From assembly GCA_964606775.1 (NCBI GenBank), contig CAZSGW010000002.1, positions 16,129-80,128 of the forward strand: a DNA stretch of 64,000 nucleotides, in the 5' to 3' direction. This stretch comes from Candidatus Woesearchaeota archaeon (GTDB taxonomy: Archaea; Nanobdellota; Nanobdellia; Pacearchaeales; GW2011-AR1). The notes below the pieces were generated by a model. That model worked only from the letters and a program-made list of their open reading frames with translations. It was not told where the DNA came from and ran no database searches. This document shows, in pieces, positions 1 through 9,958 of the stretch; position 1 is the first letter of the stretch; each line of letters opens with the position of its first letter. Both the position numbers and the translations under genes were made by a program.

Positions 1-922
1 TTTCTCCTGAAAGCATAATAGCATCCGCACCAAGATAAATAGCATTAGCAACATCCGAAACTTCTGCCCTTGTAGGACGAGGATTTTCTATCATTGTATG
101 GAGCATTTGCGTTGCGACAATAACTGGTTTCTTTTTTTCAATACATTTCTCAATCAAGTGCCTTTGGATTGAAGGAATTTTTTGGGCGTCAATTTCAATT
201 CCTAAATCCCCTCTTGCAATCATTATCCCATAAACATTATCTAAAATCTCTTCGATATTATCTACTCCCTCTTGATTTTCTATTTTAGCAATTATTTTTA
301 TATTGCTATTTTTTTCATCCAATATTTTTTGTATTTCTTTAACATCTTCCTTGTTTCTAACAAAAGAATGTGCGATAAAATCAATATCATTTTCTATTGC
401 AAAATCAATATAACCCCTATCTTTTTTATTTAATGCAGGAAGATTCATATGCCTGCTCGGAACATTAACACTTTTCTTTCCTTTTATCTTCCCAGAATTA
501 TTTGCCTTACATTTTAGTTTATTATCTTCTTTGCAGACAATTTCTAATTCTATATCTCCATCATCTACTAGTATTTTATCTCCTTTCTCAACATCTTCTA
601 CAAATTTATCGTGAGTTAAATATATACATTTCTTTGAAGATTCTTTCTTGCAATCCCCTTCCATAATTATCTCTTGATTCTTATCCAACTCAATTTCTTC
701 AGAACATTTTGTTGTCCTTATCTCTGGACCTTTTGTATCTAACAATAATGGAATCTTGTTTGAAACTTTTTTGACATTCTCAATAATTCTTTTTGTTCCT
801 TCAAAATCTTGATGTGCAGTATTTAGTCTTACGACATTCATTCCCTCCTCATGTAACTCTCGTATAAATTCCTCAGAGCAATTCAAATCCGAAATAGTAG
901 CAACAATTTTTGTATTTTTCAT
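1..922 (-). CDS. pyk: pyruvate kinase, N-terminal part (C-terminus lies beyond window start)
   Basis: rc translation from ATG at 920-922 reads [12 protein letters not shown]...[12 protein letters not shown]...[11 protein letters not shown], the classic PK N-terminus; reading frame is open to window edge. Confidence 0.8.
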   Translation of the reverse strand, partial: MKNTKIVATISDLNCSEEFIRELHEEGMNVVRLNTAHQDFEGTKRIIENVKKVSNKIPLLLDTKGPEIRTTKCSEEIELDKNQEIIMEGDCKKESSKKCIYLTHDKFVEDVEKGDKILVDDGDIELEIVCKEDNKLKCKANNSGKIKGKKSVNVPSRHMNLPALNKKDRGYIDFAIENDIDFIAHSFVRNKEDVKEIQKILDEKNSNIKIIAKIENQEGVDNIEEILDNVYGIMIARGDLGIEIDAQKIPSIQRHLIEKCIEKKKPVIVATQMLHTMIENPRPTRAEVSDVANAIYLGADAIMLSGE

Positions 923-963
923 TTGAACCATTACAATCTAAAAACTAGTTTATAAATTTTATC

Positions 964-1392
964 TTAAAATAAATCATTTACTATTTCATAACCTAAATTC
1001 TTTGCTTCTTTCTCAAATTTGAAAAATTTATTTTCTTTTTTTGCAGGACATCTGGGAGATATCTTTATTTTCTTACCTAAAATAAATATCGGGAAGTCTT
1101 TACAAGTTAAAGGTCTTTTATCGTTCCCATGAATCTTACAACGAAACTTCGAATCGAGTGCAGGACATCTTCCTATGCTATTCCCGAAATTTAATGTGAA
1201 TTTCCCATTCCACATTTCTTTAACAGAACCCTCTTCAAGAAGTTTTTCTCGAATATTTTTGGTGATTAAATTCAACTCTTCATCTTGAACAATTAAGTAT
1301 CCTTTACGACAACAATAAGCTTTGCATTCGTTGATACAAAAATCACTCAAACTCTCTCGAGCTTCCTTAGCAAGTTTTTCAATTTTTTTCAA
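964..1392 (-). CDS. Cys-rich YkgJ/UPF0153-like putative Fe-S/zinc-binding protein
   Basis: CxxCxxxCC motif (CINECKAYCC) plus further Cys pairs; 142 aa. Confidence 0.45.
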   Translation of the reverse strand: MKKIEKLAKEARESLSDFCINECKAYCCRKGYLIVQDEELNLITKNIREKLLEEGSVKEMWNGKFTLNFGNSIGRCPALDSKFRCKIHGNDKRPLTCKDFPIFILGKKIKISPRCPAKKENKFFKFEKEAKNLGYEIVNDLF

Positions 1393-1547
1393 GTGTATAA
1401 ATAAATCCTATTACAGAAAATATCTTAGAATTATTTGATTCGGGATTATTTAAATTATTTGTTTCAAAAAGACTTAACTTTCCAAATTGATTTATCAAGA
1501 AATTTACATCCCCTCTTCATATTTTTTAAATAAAGATTTTTTGATAA

Positions 1548-1787
1548 TTATCCCTTTTTATTTAGATATTTTTTATACTTTTCAATATCTTTTTGTACTT
1601 CATAAGCGTTCACCCCTTTCCAATAACCTTTTCCATTATACTTTAACAAATCTTCAAGTTTTGAAACAATATTTTCTGCTAACTCGTTGGAAGGTTTTTC
1701 ATAATACTCTTTCTGTAAACCTCTAACATCCTTAACAAGTTCAACTATTTTCGCATCTTTAAACACCGCACTGATCCCATCCGACAT
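1548..1787 (-). CDS. hypothetical protein
   Basis: 79-aa ORF, protein-like composition; overlapping + strand ORF looks spurious. Confidence 0.3.
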   Translation of the reverse strand: MSDGISAVFKDAKIVELVKDVRGLQKEYYEKPSNELAENIVSKLEDLLKYNGKGYWKGVNAYEVQKDIEKYKKYLNKKG

Positions 1788-1823
1788 AATTGGAATAAGT
1801 GATATGCCTTTTAATAATTTTTC

Positions 1824-2609
1824 TCAATTCAATAATAAATTTTTCAAGAAATCTTTTTTTCTAGATTTCAATTTCTCAATTCCCTCTTTTTTTAATTGTC
1901 TCACTCTTTCAGGAGTCTTATTCATATTTTCTGATAACTTTTTTAACCTCTGTTTTTCCTTGCCTAAAAGTCCATGGTAATTTATTATGACATACGCTTC
2001 CCTTTCATTAAGTATACTAAGTGCTCTCTCAAGGGTTTTACTTATATGTTCTGTTTCAATGACTTCATGAAAATCATTTTCAGTCCAAAAACCTTTTGAG
2101 GGATTTATTTCATCTAGTGGACAAAATTCCAATTTTTCGCCTGGATTATAGAGTTCCACAGGGAATAAATCTTCTTCATATAGGGCGACCCCTCTTTTAA
2201 GAAAATAATCCGAAATATTTTTTTTAATTTTCTTGCTTGGATTTACTTCAAAACTTTCTATTTGAGAATAATAGATTGGATGTATTCCTAATTTTTTTGA
2301 AATTTGATTAACATTCATATCTAAATTTCTTCTAGCCTTTTCAAGAATTTCATTTTTTCTTGTCTCTTTTTTATAAGAATCATACATTCTTTTTGAAAAC
2401 ACTTTTTCTTTTTCTATTTTAATATTTTTTTGCTCCAATTTCCGAGTTATTATTTCTATGGATTTATTTCCAGGAATACGATTCAATGTTTCATAGCAAA
2501 TATAATTGGTGCGATCAATCCCAAGGTATTTGGAAAATTCTGTAAGATTCATCCCGAGTTTTTCTCTAACCTTTACAAGATAAGGATTTCTTTGTTTTTT
2601 TATTAACAT
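1824..2609 (-). CDS. DNA-binding protein with two XRE-type HTH domains and a sigma-70 region-4-like C-terminus
   Basis: two HTH segments (LTEFSKYLGIDRTNY; NQISKKLGIHPIYYSQIE) and C-terminal ...NKTPERVRQLKKEGIEKLKS resembling sigma region 4.2. Confidence 0.5.
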   Translation of the reverse strand: MLIKKQRNPYLVKVREKLGMNLTEFSKYLGIDRTNYICYETLNRIPGNKSIEIITRKLEQKNIKIEKEKVFSKRMYDSYKKETRKNEILEKARRNLDMNVNQISKKLGIHPIYYSQIESFEVNPSKKIKKNISDYFLKRGVALYEEDLFPVELYNPGEKLEFCPLDEINPSKGFWTENDFHEVIETEHISKTLERALSILNEREAYVIINYHGLLGKEKQRLKKLSENMNKTPERVRQLKKEGIEKLKSRKKDFLKNLLLN

Positions 2610-2659
2610 GAAAATTAATCCAAAAGATTCTTTTTAAGAATTATCTCATTTCAAAATAA

Positions 2660-4822
2660 CTATTGATTCTCACTCAATCCTTTTCTTTCTCTAATCTTCT
2701 TAATTACATCGTCTTGCATACCTGATGGTATCTTTTCGAATTGCTGTTCCATTAGAGAAGAAGTCCCTCTCCCTTCTGTTGTTGACCTTAAATCATTGCT
2801 CCAACCAATCATTTCAGCTACTGGAATTTTTGCTTTAATTTGAGCAACTCCGCTTTCCTGATTCATATCAAGCATTTGCCCTCTCTTACTTCCAACTAAC
2901 TTTGTAATCGACCCCATAAAGTCCTCCGGAGCGTCAATCATATGAACCTGAAGTGGTTCGAATATAGCAGGACCCGCTTTGTTCATTGCGCCCTTAATAC
3001 CATCTCTAACCGCAGGATAAACCTGGGCAGGACCTCTATGGATCGCGTCCTCATGAAGCTTAATATCAACCAACGTAACTTTCATTTTCATACACGGTTC
3101 TCTTGCTAAAGGACCCTCGTCCATAACCATTTCAAAAGAATCCATAATCATTTCAATAACTTCTTGTATATGAACCTCTCCCCGAGTTTCATCCAAGAAC
3201 ATATTTCCTTTGTAAATATCTCTAACATTTCTAATCTCATCAGAACCCCATCCTAATTTTTCAGAAAGTGCTTTCGTAACCGCTTCGGATTTCTTCTTAA
3301 CTCTTCCCTCGGGCAAATCTCCCGACTTTATTAAATCATAGATTTCCTCTTCCAAAGGTTCAACCTTTATAAAAAATCCATTGTGTTTATTCGGAGACCT
3401 TCCTTCCGCAGGAGGAGATTCCTTTGTAACCGTTTCTCTATAAACAATAATTGGAGGCGAGGTCTTAACTTCTAAACCTTTCTCCGTCTTAATTCTATTC
3501 TCAATAATTTCTAAATGTAATTCTCCCATACCTGAAATTAATGATTCTCCGGTTTGTTCATTAATTGTAACCTTTATTGAAGGATCTTCTTTTCCAATTT
3601 GTTTTAATGTATCAACAAGTTTTGGCAAGTCCGCAGCTTTGGTTGGTTCAATGGATTTTGTAACAACCGGTTCAAACAAATGAGTAATGGCCTCGAAAGG
3701 GGTCATTTCTTGTTTTGAAACTGTCTCACCTGCAACAACATCTTTTAATCCAACAACTCCTACAATATTTCCAGCACTAACAGAATCAACAACAACTCTT
3801 TGCGCTCCCTTGTAAACCGAAACCTGTTGGACTCTCACGTTTCTCTTTGCAAGATTCATATAAATCTCATCACCCTGTTTAATTGTTCCTGAAAATAATC
3901 TTCCCGCAGCAATTTCTCCCGCGTGTTTGTCAATAACAATTTTAGTCGGAACAAAAACTGGCTCTCCATCGGCATCGCACTCCATTAAGTCTTTTCCAAT
4001 CTCGGTATTTTCATCTCCTCTCCAAATTCTTGGAATTCTATATTTTTGAGCTTCTAATGGATTAGGATGATGTTTAATACTCATATTTAAAACAACATCA
4101 TGAAGAGGAGCTTTTTTCGCTAACTCTTTGTGGTTGTCATTTTCATAAGCATCAATTATGTCTTTGAATGTAATATTATTTTTTTGCATATATGGGAAAC
4201 TCAAAGCCCAATTATGGAATGCAGAACCAAAAGCAACAGTTCCCTCTCCAACACCAACCTTCCACTTTTCTTTATATCCTTCAGGAGCAATTTGTTCTAT
4301 TAATCTATTAACATGATCAATAATAGAAATAAATTTCTTTTGCATTTCTTCTGGAGTTAATTTAACTTCTTTGATTAATCTATCAACTTTATTAATGAAT
4401 AAAACAGGTTTAACTAATTCCTTCAAAGCTTGTCTAAGAACAGTTTCTGTTTGAGGCATAACACCTTCAACAGCACATGAAAGAACAACACAGCCATCAA
4501 CAGCTCTCATAGCCCTTGTAACATCTCCTCCAAAATCAACATGCCCTGGAGTATCAATCAAATTTATCAAGTAATCTTCGTCGTTTAATCTATGAAGCAT
4601 CGAAACAGACGCCGAATCAATTGTAATTCCTCTTGAAGATTCATCTTCATGGAAGTCTAAAGCTCTTTGTTTTCCCGCAGTCTCTTCTGAGAGCATACCT
4701 GCACCAGCCAAAAGATTATCTGAAAAAGTAGTCTTCCCGTGATCGATATGGGCAGCGATTGCTATGTTTCTAATCTTCTCTCTGTTCTTCATTAATTTAA
4801 CAAAATCAATTTTTTCAGCCAT
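2660..4822 (-). CDS. fusA: translation elongation factor aEF-2
   Basis: AHIDHGKTT G1 motif, DTPGHVDF, diphthamide-site HRG motif (DAIHRGPAQ); 720 aa. Confidence 0.95.
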   Translation of the reverse strand: MAEKIDFVKLMKNREKIRNIAIAAHIDHGKTTFSDNLLAGAGMLSEETAGKQRALDFHEDESSRGITIDSASVSMLHRLNDEDYLINLIDTPGHVDFGGDVTRAMRAVDGCVVLSCAVEGVMPQTETVLRQALKELVKPVLFINKVDRLIKEVKLTPEEMQKKFISIIDHVNRLIEQIAPEGYKEKWKVGVGEGTVAFGSAFHNWALSFPYMQKNNITFKDIIDAYENDNHKELAKKAPLHDVVLNMSIKHHPNPLEAQKYRIPRIWRGDENTEIGKDLMECDADGEPVFVPTKIVIDKHAGEIAAGRLFSGTIKQGDEIYMNLAKRNVRVQQVSVYKGAQRVVVDSVSAGNIVGVVGLKDVVAGETVSKQEMTPFEAITHLFEPVVTKSIEPTKAADLPKLVDTLKQIGKEDPSIKVTINEQTGESLISGMGELHLEIIENRIKTEKGLEVKTSPPIIVYRETVTKESPPAEGRSPNKHNGFFIKVEPLEEEIYDLIKSGDLPEGRVKKKSEAVTKALSEKLGWGSDEIRNVRDIYKGNMFLDETRGEVHIQEVIEMIMDSFEMVMDEGPLAREPCMKMKVTLVDIKLHEDAIHRGPAQVYPAVRDGIKGAMNKAGPAIFEPLQVHMIDAPEDFMGSITKLVGSKRGQMLDMNQESGVAQIKAKIPVAEMIGWSNDLRSTTEGRGTSSLMEQQFEKIPSGMQDDVIKKIRERKGLSENQ

Positions 4823-4867
4823 TTTTATAGAAGTTAATTGAAAAATTAGTTTTTAAAGATTTTGGAG

Positions 4868-5482
4868 TTATCGAGCACTATCTGCCTGCGCCTCAGCTTC
4901 TTTTTTCTTTTTTACAGCTAAACTTTCACCATTCTCTTCAGAAGCCATAATTATCTCGTCCGCCAAAGCTTGAGCAATAGTTTTCTTTTTATTGAAAGCT
5001 TTATCCGATGAACCATGAACAATATGCTTCAAAGCCAAATTAACTCTTCTAATTGGAGAGACATCTACAGCTTGAGGATATCTTGCACCACCATACTCAA
5101 TTATTGTAACTTCATCTCTCGGAGCAGAATTCTCAATTGCTTTAACCAAAACTTCAACAGGATTTTTATTCGTCCTTTTTTCAATCATTTCAAAAGCATC
5201 AAGAACAATTTTCATATTTTTAGAATATTTTCCCGTAACATCTCCTTTCTCAATTTTGTGTTTCTTACCTCTATGTCCCGTATTAGAAAGTTTGTTCATT
5301 AATCTTTCAATGATATTAACTTTCGTCTTTCCAAACTTTTGAGCGTGTCTCCCAGAACTTTTAACAACTAACTTAGGTTCTAAATTAATGGCCCTTTTTA
5401 ATCCAGGATCTTCAACCTGAATCTGCGAAATATCATATTTATCAAATACTTTAAATTCCATTTTATCTTCTACCTTTCTCAA
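4868..5482 (-). CDS. rps7: 30S ribosomal protein S7
   Basis: sequence family recognition; position between S12 and EF-2 as in archaeal operon. Confidence 0.9.
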   Translation of the reverse strand: MRKVEDKMEFKVFDKYDISQIQVEDPGLKRAINLEPKLVVKSSGRHAQKFGKTKVNIIERLMNKLSNTGHRGKKHKIEKGDVTGKYSKNMKIVLDAFEMIEKRTNKNPVEVLVKAIENSAPRDEVTIIEYGGARYPQAVDVSPIRRVNLALKHIVHGSSDKAFNKKKTIAQALADEIIMASEENGESLAVKKKKEAEAQADSAR

Positions 5483-5885
5483 TCTTTCCAGAAGCTAATC
5501 TGTCAAGAGGTTGATCATTTACTTTAGTTACTTCGAATCTGATTCCAGGAATATCTCCTTTTGAACGTCCCTGCTTTCCACCAATTCTTTGAATCATAAC
5601 TTCATCGTGTTCGTCAATATATTTTTGAGCCAAGTTCCCTGGAATAAAAGCTCCCACCTGTCTTCCGTTCTTAGTTAACTGAATTCTACAACATTTTCTC
5701 ATAGCTGAGTTTGGCTGTTTAGCCTCTTTTTCAAATTTTTTCAAAACAATTCCTTTAGCTTGATTAGCACCTTCCAAAGGATCTGATTTAGCATAAAGAT
5801 TTAGAGTTTTCACTTTGAATTTTCTATCTTTCCATCTAAATTTCTTTCTATCTTTCAACTTTTTCGTAGCTGCTTTTAATCCCAT
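5463..5885 (-). CDS. rps12: 30S ribosomal protein S12
   Basis: [15 protein letters not shown]...IPG motif typical of S12/S23. Confidence 0.92.
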   Translation of the reverse strand: MGLKAATKKLKDRKKFRWKDRKFKVKTLNLYAKSDPLEGANQAKGIVLKKFEKEAKQPNSAMRKCCRIQLTKNGRQVGAFIPGNLAQKYIDEHDEVMIQRIGGKQGRSKGDIPGIRFEVTKVNDQPLDRLASGKIEKGRR

Positions 5886-6011
5886 AGTAAATTAAATTGG
5901 AAATTGATTTAAAAACTTTTGGTAAGCTCAAAAATAAGGAACTCCTCTCACATAGAACAATATCTCTTAATTATATTCAATTTTATGCAAGATAATGATG
6001 AATTAAACTCA

Positions 6012-6425
6012 TCACGCAACAACAAAATCTTTGTTAAAAAAAGTCCCAATAATTTTTTTCATTTCCTTTAATCGTCTTTTCTCTCTTCCAATAAGAGTTG
6101 CTTTATTTGTTCTTGTTGCATCAACAACGATGGAATCACCATCAACTTTTAATTCATTAATTGTGGCCCCCGAAATTTTTTCAATAAACGGCTTCGCATC
6201 TTTGATTGTTTTAGGCTCACCAATTATTTTAACTCTCTTATTTAAAATGCTTCTAATCTTATTCAAGTTTTTCAAATCTTCTCCAAGAGCTTTATTGACC
6301 AACCTTTTTGGAACGGCAAAAAAAATCGTATTATTATATTCAAAACAATATTTTGTATTTACCCTCGTAATCTTTGAGAATAAATTGAGCTGCCTCAATG
6401 TTCTCATATCTATGGTACTTATCAT
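6012..6425 (-). CDS. nusA: archaeal NusA-like (KH domains only) transcription termination factor
   Basis: 137 aa KH-type protein between rpoA and rps12 as in archaeal operons. Confidence 0.75.
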   Translation of the reverse strand: MISTIDMRTLRQLNLFSKITRVNTKYCFEYNNTIFFAVPKRLVNKALGEDLKNLNKIRSILNKRVKIIGEPKTIKDAKPFIEKISGATINELKVDGDSIVVDATRTNKATLIGREKRRLKEMKKIIGTFFNKDFVVA

Positions 6426-6465
6426 AAATTGGTTATAGAAAAATGTTTTATAAACTTATCGTCGA

Positions 6466-9400
6466 TTATTTGTTGCTTTGTTCAACAACTTCTTTCTTTG
6501 CAGTTTTCTTTTCCTCTTCTCTTTTAATCAACGGACCAATAATATTAACCAACAATCCTGGTAGCCCAGTTCCTACTGGTACTGGTTGGTTTAAGATTAT
6601 GTTCTCGATAACACTAATTAATTTTTCTTTACTTCCTTTTATAGTTGCGTTAACGAATTGTTTAACCGGAGTCTCGAAAGTAGCTCTCGCCAAAATAGAA
6701 GACTTCTGAGCAATAATCCCCATTCTTGTAACACCTTTTATCTCTCCAGTATTTGTCATTGCATCTGCAATAAGTTTAAGATGTCTTATATTAATATCCA
6801 ACCCTTGAGTATTAAGAACATGCATTATTTCATCGACAATTAGCTGTCTAGCAGCTTCAATACCAAAAATAGAAGCTGTCTCATATAAATCATTTGAAAC
6901 AATTTTATCCTTATTAACTTCTTTAAACTTAATAGTTTCTTTTAAGTTAGTTCCAAGAGTGTGTATTATGAAATTGCCTTCTTTCTTAATAACTAATACC
7001 TGTTTAACTCCCTTAACACCAGAAATAATCGTTTGTTTCAACTTTTCTTTAAGCTTATAGATTTCTTTGAAGTTCATTTCAGAAGCATTTAATACTATTG
7101 AATTTCCTTTTTCCTTGGCACTAAAGTTTAACTCATTTAATCTATCAACAACTTTCTTTAAAGTTATATGCGTCTGTCTCAACGCCGATGAATCAACTTT
7201 AATCTCAATATTCTTAGAACCAAAGTCCAAGTTTATCTCTGAAGAAATCTCTTTTAGAGTAACTTCCTTAATTTTTTCTGCGAACACTTTAGCATCTTTT
7301 TCATTGTTCTTTTCCTTCTCTAAATAGATTTTCATTTGAGGAGAAGAGGGTTTCTTTCTTGCGTCGAATATTTCTATAAGCCTTGCTAAACCTGATGTAA
7401 CCTGCATTTCCGAAACACCTGCGAAGTGGAACGCATTTAATGCCATCTGTGTAGAACTTTCACCAAAAGATTGAGCTGTAACAATTCCAACTGCTTCACC
7501 CGAATCAAGAGTCCCATTAGTATGAAGCTTTGCAACATCTATGTTATCGTCCCCATATTTGAATTGGATTAAATTGTTGTTACCATCTCTAACTGTTCCA
7601 TCATATTCTGACCTCAAATCTTGTAATGCATTAGCTAATCTTCGATATAGATAACCCGATTTAGGAATTCTCAATGCACTATCCATAAGAGAATCTCTAC
7701 CTGTAATGGCGCCAAAGAAAAATTCATCAGGTCTTAACCCTTTAATTAGCGAATTATTTATGAAACCTCTTGACTTTGGAGACAAATCTCCTTTTTTGAA
7801 TGAAGATAATGTTCTTCCAGTGTATCCAAAACTAATTCTTCCACCTTGTATTGCTTGCTGTCCAACACAACATGCCATCTGAGTTATATTCAAAATATTT
7901 CCTCCACTTCCTGATTTAATCATACTATAAACAGGGTTTGTCTTCGGGAAATTCTCTTTAACAATTCCTCCAATCTTCGTTCTTACATCGTTCAACACCT
8001 GAAGTATTCTTATTTCTCTAGATTCCTCTAAATTCTTTCCAGGTATAAGTTCCAGTTCACCTCTATTCGCTTCTTCAACAATATCCTGAGTTTTTTTCTC
8101 CGCCTTCTTAATTATCTCTTCACCTTGTTCAACAACCTTTTTGTTTAAGTCAAAATCTTCTACTGAAATACTCAATCCTTTATCTGTCAAATAAGTCTTA
8201 CCTAAATCGAATGCCTTCTTAATAGTCTCGAATGTTACATTTCTTCCAACTTCTTTATCCAACGCTTTGATTAATTCACCATCTTCATCACTAAAAGTTG
8301 TTTTATCAATAACTCCTTCGGTAATCTGTCCATCCTTTATCTTTATTGAATCATTCGAAAAATTTATCTTCGGAAGAATCATAGAAAATAATTCCGAACC
8401 AGAAATATTTTTTTTCTTAACTTCGTACTCGGTCAATCCAGCTCTATTCAATAATTGGTTTGCATCTTCTTTCGAGAATTCATCTAGGCCAACAAAATAG
8501 TTTCCAGTATTTGAATCTCGAATACATCCAATCCAGTTTATATTATTTTTAGGAGACATTAAATTCCTTTTAACGTCTAACAATATCTTAGCCTCTGCTC
8601 TCGCTTCCTCAGTCTGAGGAGAGTGAATATTCATCTCATCTCCATCGAAGTCCGCATTATACGGGAAACAAGCCGCAGGATGTAATCTGAACGTTCTTCC
8701 AGGAAGAATTCTTGCAAAGTGAGACATTAAACTACCCCTATGAAGACTTGGGTGCCTGTTGAATAAAACTACATCTCCATCTTGAAGATGTCTCTCCACA
8801 ACATAACCTGGAACTAACTCACTAATTATTTCTTCTTTAAGTTCATCTGTAATTTTCTTTTTCTTTCCATCAGGCCTCACAACATAATTTGCACCAGGAT
8901 ACTCGTCTCCTTGCTGAATTAGTTTCTTTAACTTGTTCATGTTTATATCATTAGCAATTTCTGCAACTGTTACAACTTTTGCAATTTCATACGGAACTCC
9001 AATTTCATTTATTCCCAAAAATGGATCCGGAGAAATAACCGTCCTACCCGAATAATTAACTCTTTTACCTGCAATGTTCTTCCTAATTCTTCCTTCTTTA
9101 CCTTTAATTCTTTCAGTAATTGTTTTTAACGGTTGACCACTTCTATGTCTTGCTGGAGGTATCTTAGTAACAGTGTTATCAAAGAATGTTGTAATGTGGA
9201 ACTGTAATAAATCCCATAAGTCCTCAATAATAACTTCTGGGGCACCTGCGTTCAAATTCTCCCAAAGTCTCTGGTTAGCTCTTATAATATCTGAAAGTTT
9301 ATGAGTCAAATCATCTTCCGATCTTTCTCCTGATTCAAGAATAATTGAAGGACGAACTGTTGCAGGAGGGACTAACAACATTGTTAAAACTGCCCATTCT

Positions 9401-9957
9401 GGACGACAACTATCTGTATTAACCGCAGCTTTTCTCAATTCTTCGTTAGGTATTTTTACAAGCATCTCTCTAATTTCAGTGGGAAAAATTCTTGTTTTCC
9501 CTTTGTAAAATGAAGTCGGTTTATCCAATTTTATTTTTTCTTGAGCGGCTTCACAATGAGGACATTTCTTGCTATCTTTAGCTTTCTTAATCCTATTGGT
9601 AGGAGAATTTTTCTCAAGGTCTTTATCACTAATCATTAATTTTCCACAATCTTGACAGAAACATCTCAAACACATTTCTATTAACGGAATATATTTAAGA
9701 TGAATTACAGGTCTTGCTAAATCAATACTTCCAGGATGTCCCAAACATTCTTTCAATCTTCCCCCACAAGTTCTACATCTAACTCCTGGATCAATTGCAC
9801 CCAATCTCAAATCCATTAAACCACCATCTACAGGATACCCATCTATATCATATAATTCTGGTGTAACCACTTTCGCAGCCGATAGTTTCTTAATTTGTCC
9901 CGGACTAATCAAGCCGAAACTTATTTCTCCGATTTTTTTACTTACTGGTTTGTGCAT
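6466..9957 (-). CDS. rpoA: DNA-directed RNA polymerase subunit A (A' and A'' regions in one continuous ORF)
   Basis: N-terminal zinc finger, NADFDGDEMN active site, bridge helix (GRDSLMDSALRIPKSGYLYRRL), trigger loop (AQSFGESSTQMALNAFHFAGV), A''-type C-terminus; no stop between A' and A'' parts. Confidence 0.9.
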   Translation of the reverse strand: MHKPVSKKIGEISFGLISPGQIKKLSAAKVVTPELYDIDGYPVDGGLMDLRLGAIDPGVRCRTCGGRLKECLGHPGSIDLARPVIHLKYIPLIEMCLRCFCQDCGKLMISDKDLEKNSPTNRIKKAKDSKKCPHCEAAQEKIKLDKPTSFYKGKTRIFPTEIREMLVKIPNEELRKAAVNTDSCRPEWAVLTMLLVPPATVRPSIILESGERSEDDLTHKLSDIIRANQRLWENLNAGAPEVIIEDLWDLLQFHITTFFDNTVTKIPPARHRSGQPLKTITERIKGKEGRIRKNIAGKRVNYSGRTVISPDPFLGINEIGVPYEIAKVVTVAEIANDINMNKLKKLIQQGDEYPGANYVVRPDGKKKKITDELKEEIISELVPGYVVERHLQDGDVVLFNRHPSLHRGSLMSHFARILPGRTFRLHPAACFPYNADFDGDEMNIHSPQTEEARAEAKILLDVKRNLMSPKNNINWIGCIRDSNTGNYFVGLDEFSKEDANQLLNRAGLTEYEVKKKNISGSELFSMILPKINFSNDSIKIKDGQITEGVIDKTTFSDEDGELIKALDKEVGRNVTFETIKKAFDLGKTYLTDKGLSISVEDFDLNKKVVEQGEEIIKKAEKKTQDIVEEANRGELELIPGKNLEESREIRILQVLNDVRTKIGGIVKENFPKTNPVYSMIKSGSGGNILNITQMACCVGQQAIQGGRISFGYTGRTLSSFKKGDLSPKSRGFINNSLIKGLRPDEFFFGAITGRDSLMDSALRIPKSGYLYRRLANALQDLRSEYDGTVRDGNNNLIQFKYGDDNIDVAKLHTNGTLDSGEAVGIVTAQSFGESSTQMALNAFHFAGVSEMQVTSGLARLIEIFDARKKPSSPQMKIYLEKEKNNEKDAKVFAEKIKEVTLKEISSEINLDFGSKNIEIKVDSSALRQTHITLKKVVDRLNELNFSAKEKGNSIVLNASEMNFKEIYKLKEKLKQTIISGVKGVKQVLVIKKEGNFIIHTLGTNLKETIKFKEVNKDKIVSNDLYETASIFGIEAARQLIVDEIMHVLNTQGLDINIRHLKLIADAMTNTGEIKGVTRMGIIAQKSSILARATFETPVKQFVNATIKGSKEKLISVIENIILNQPVPVGTGLPGLLVNIIGPLIKREEEKKTAKKEVVEQSNK

Positions 9958-9958
9958 T

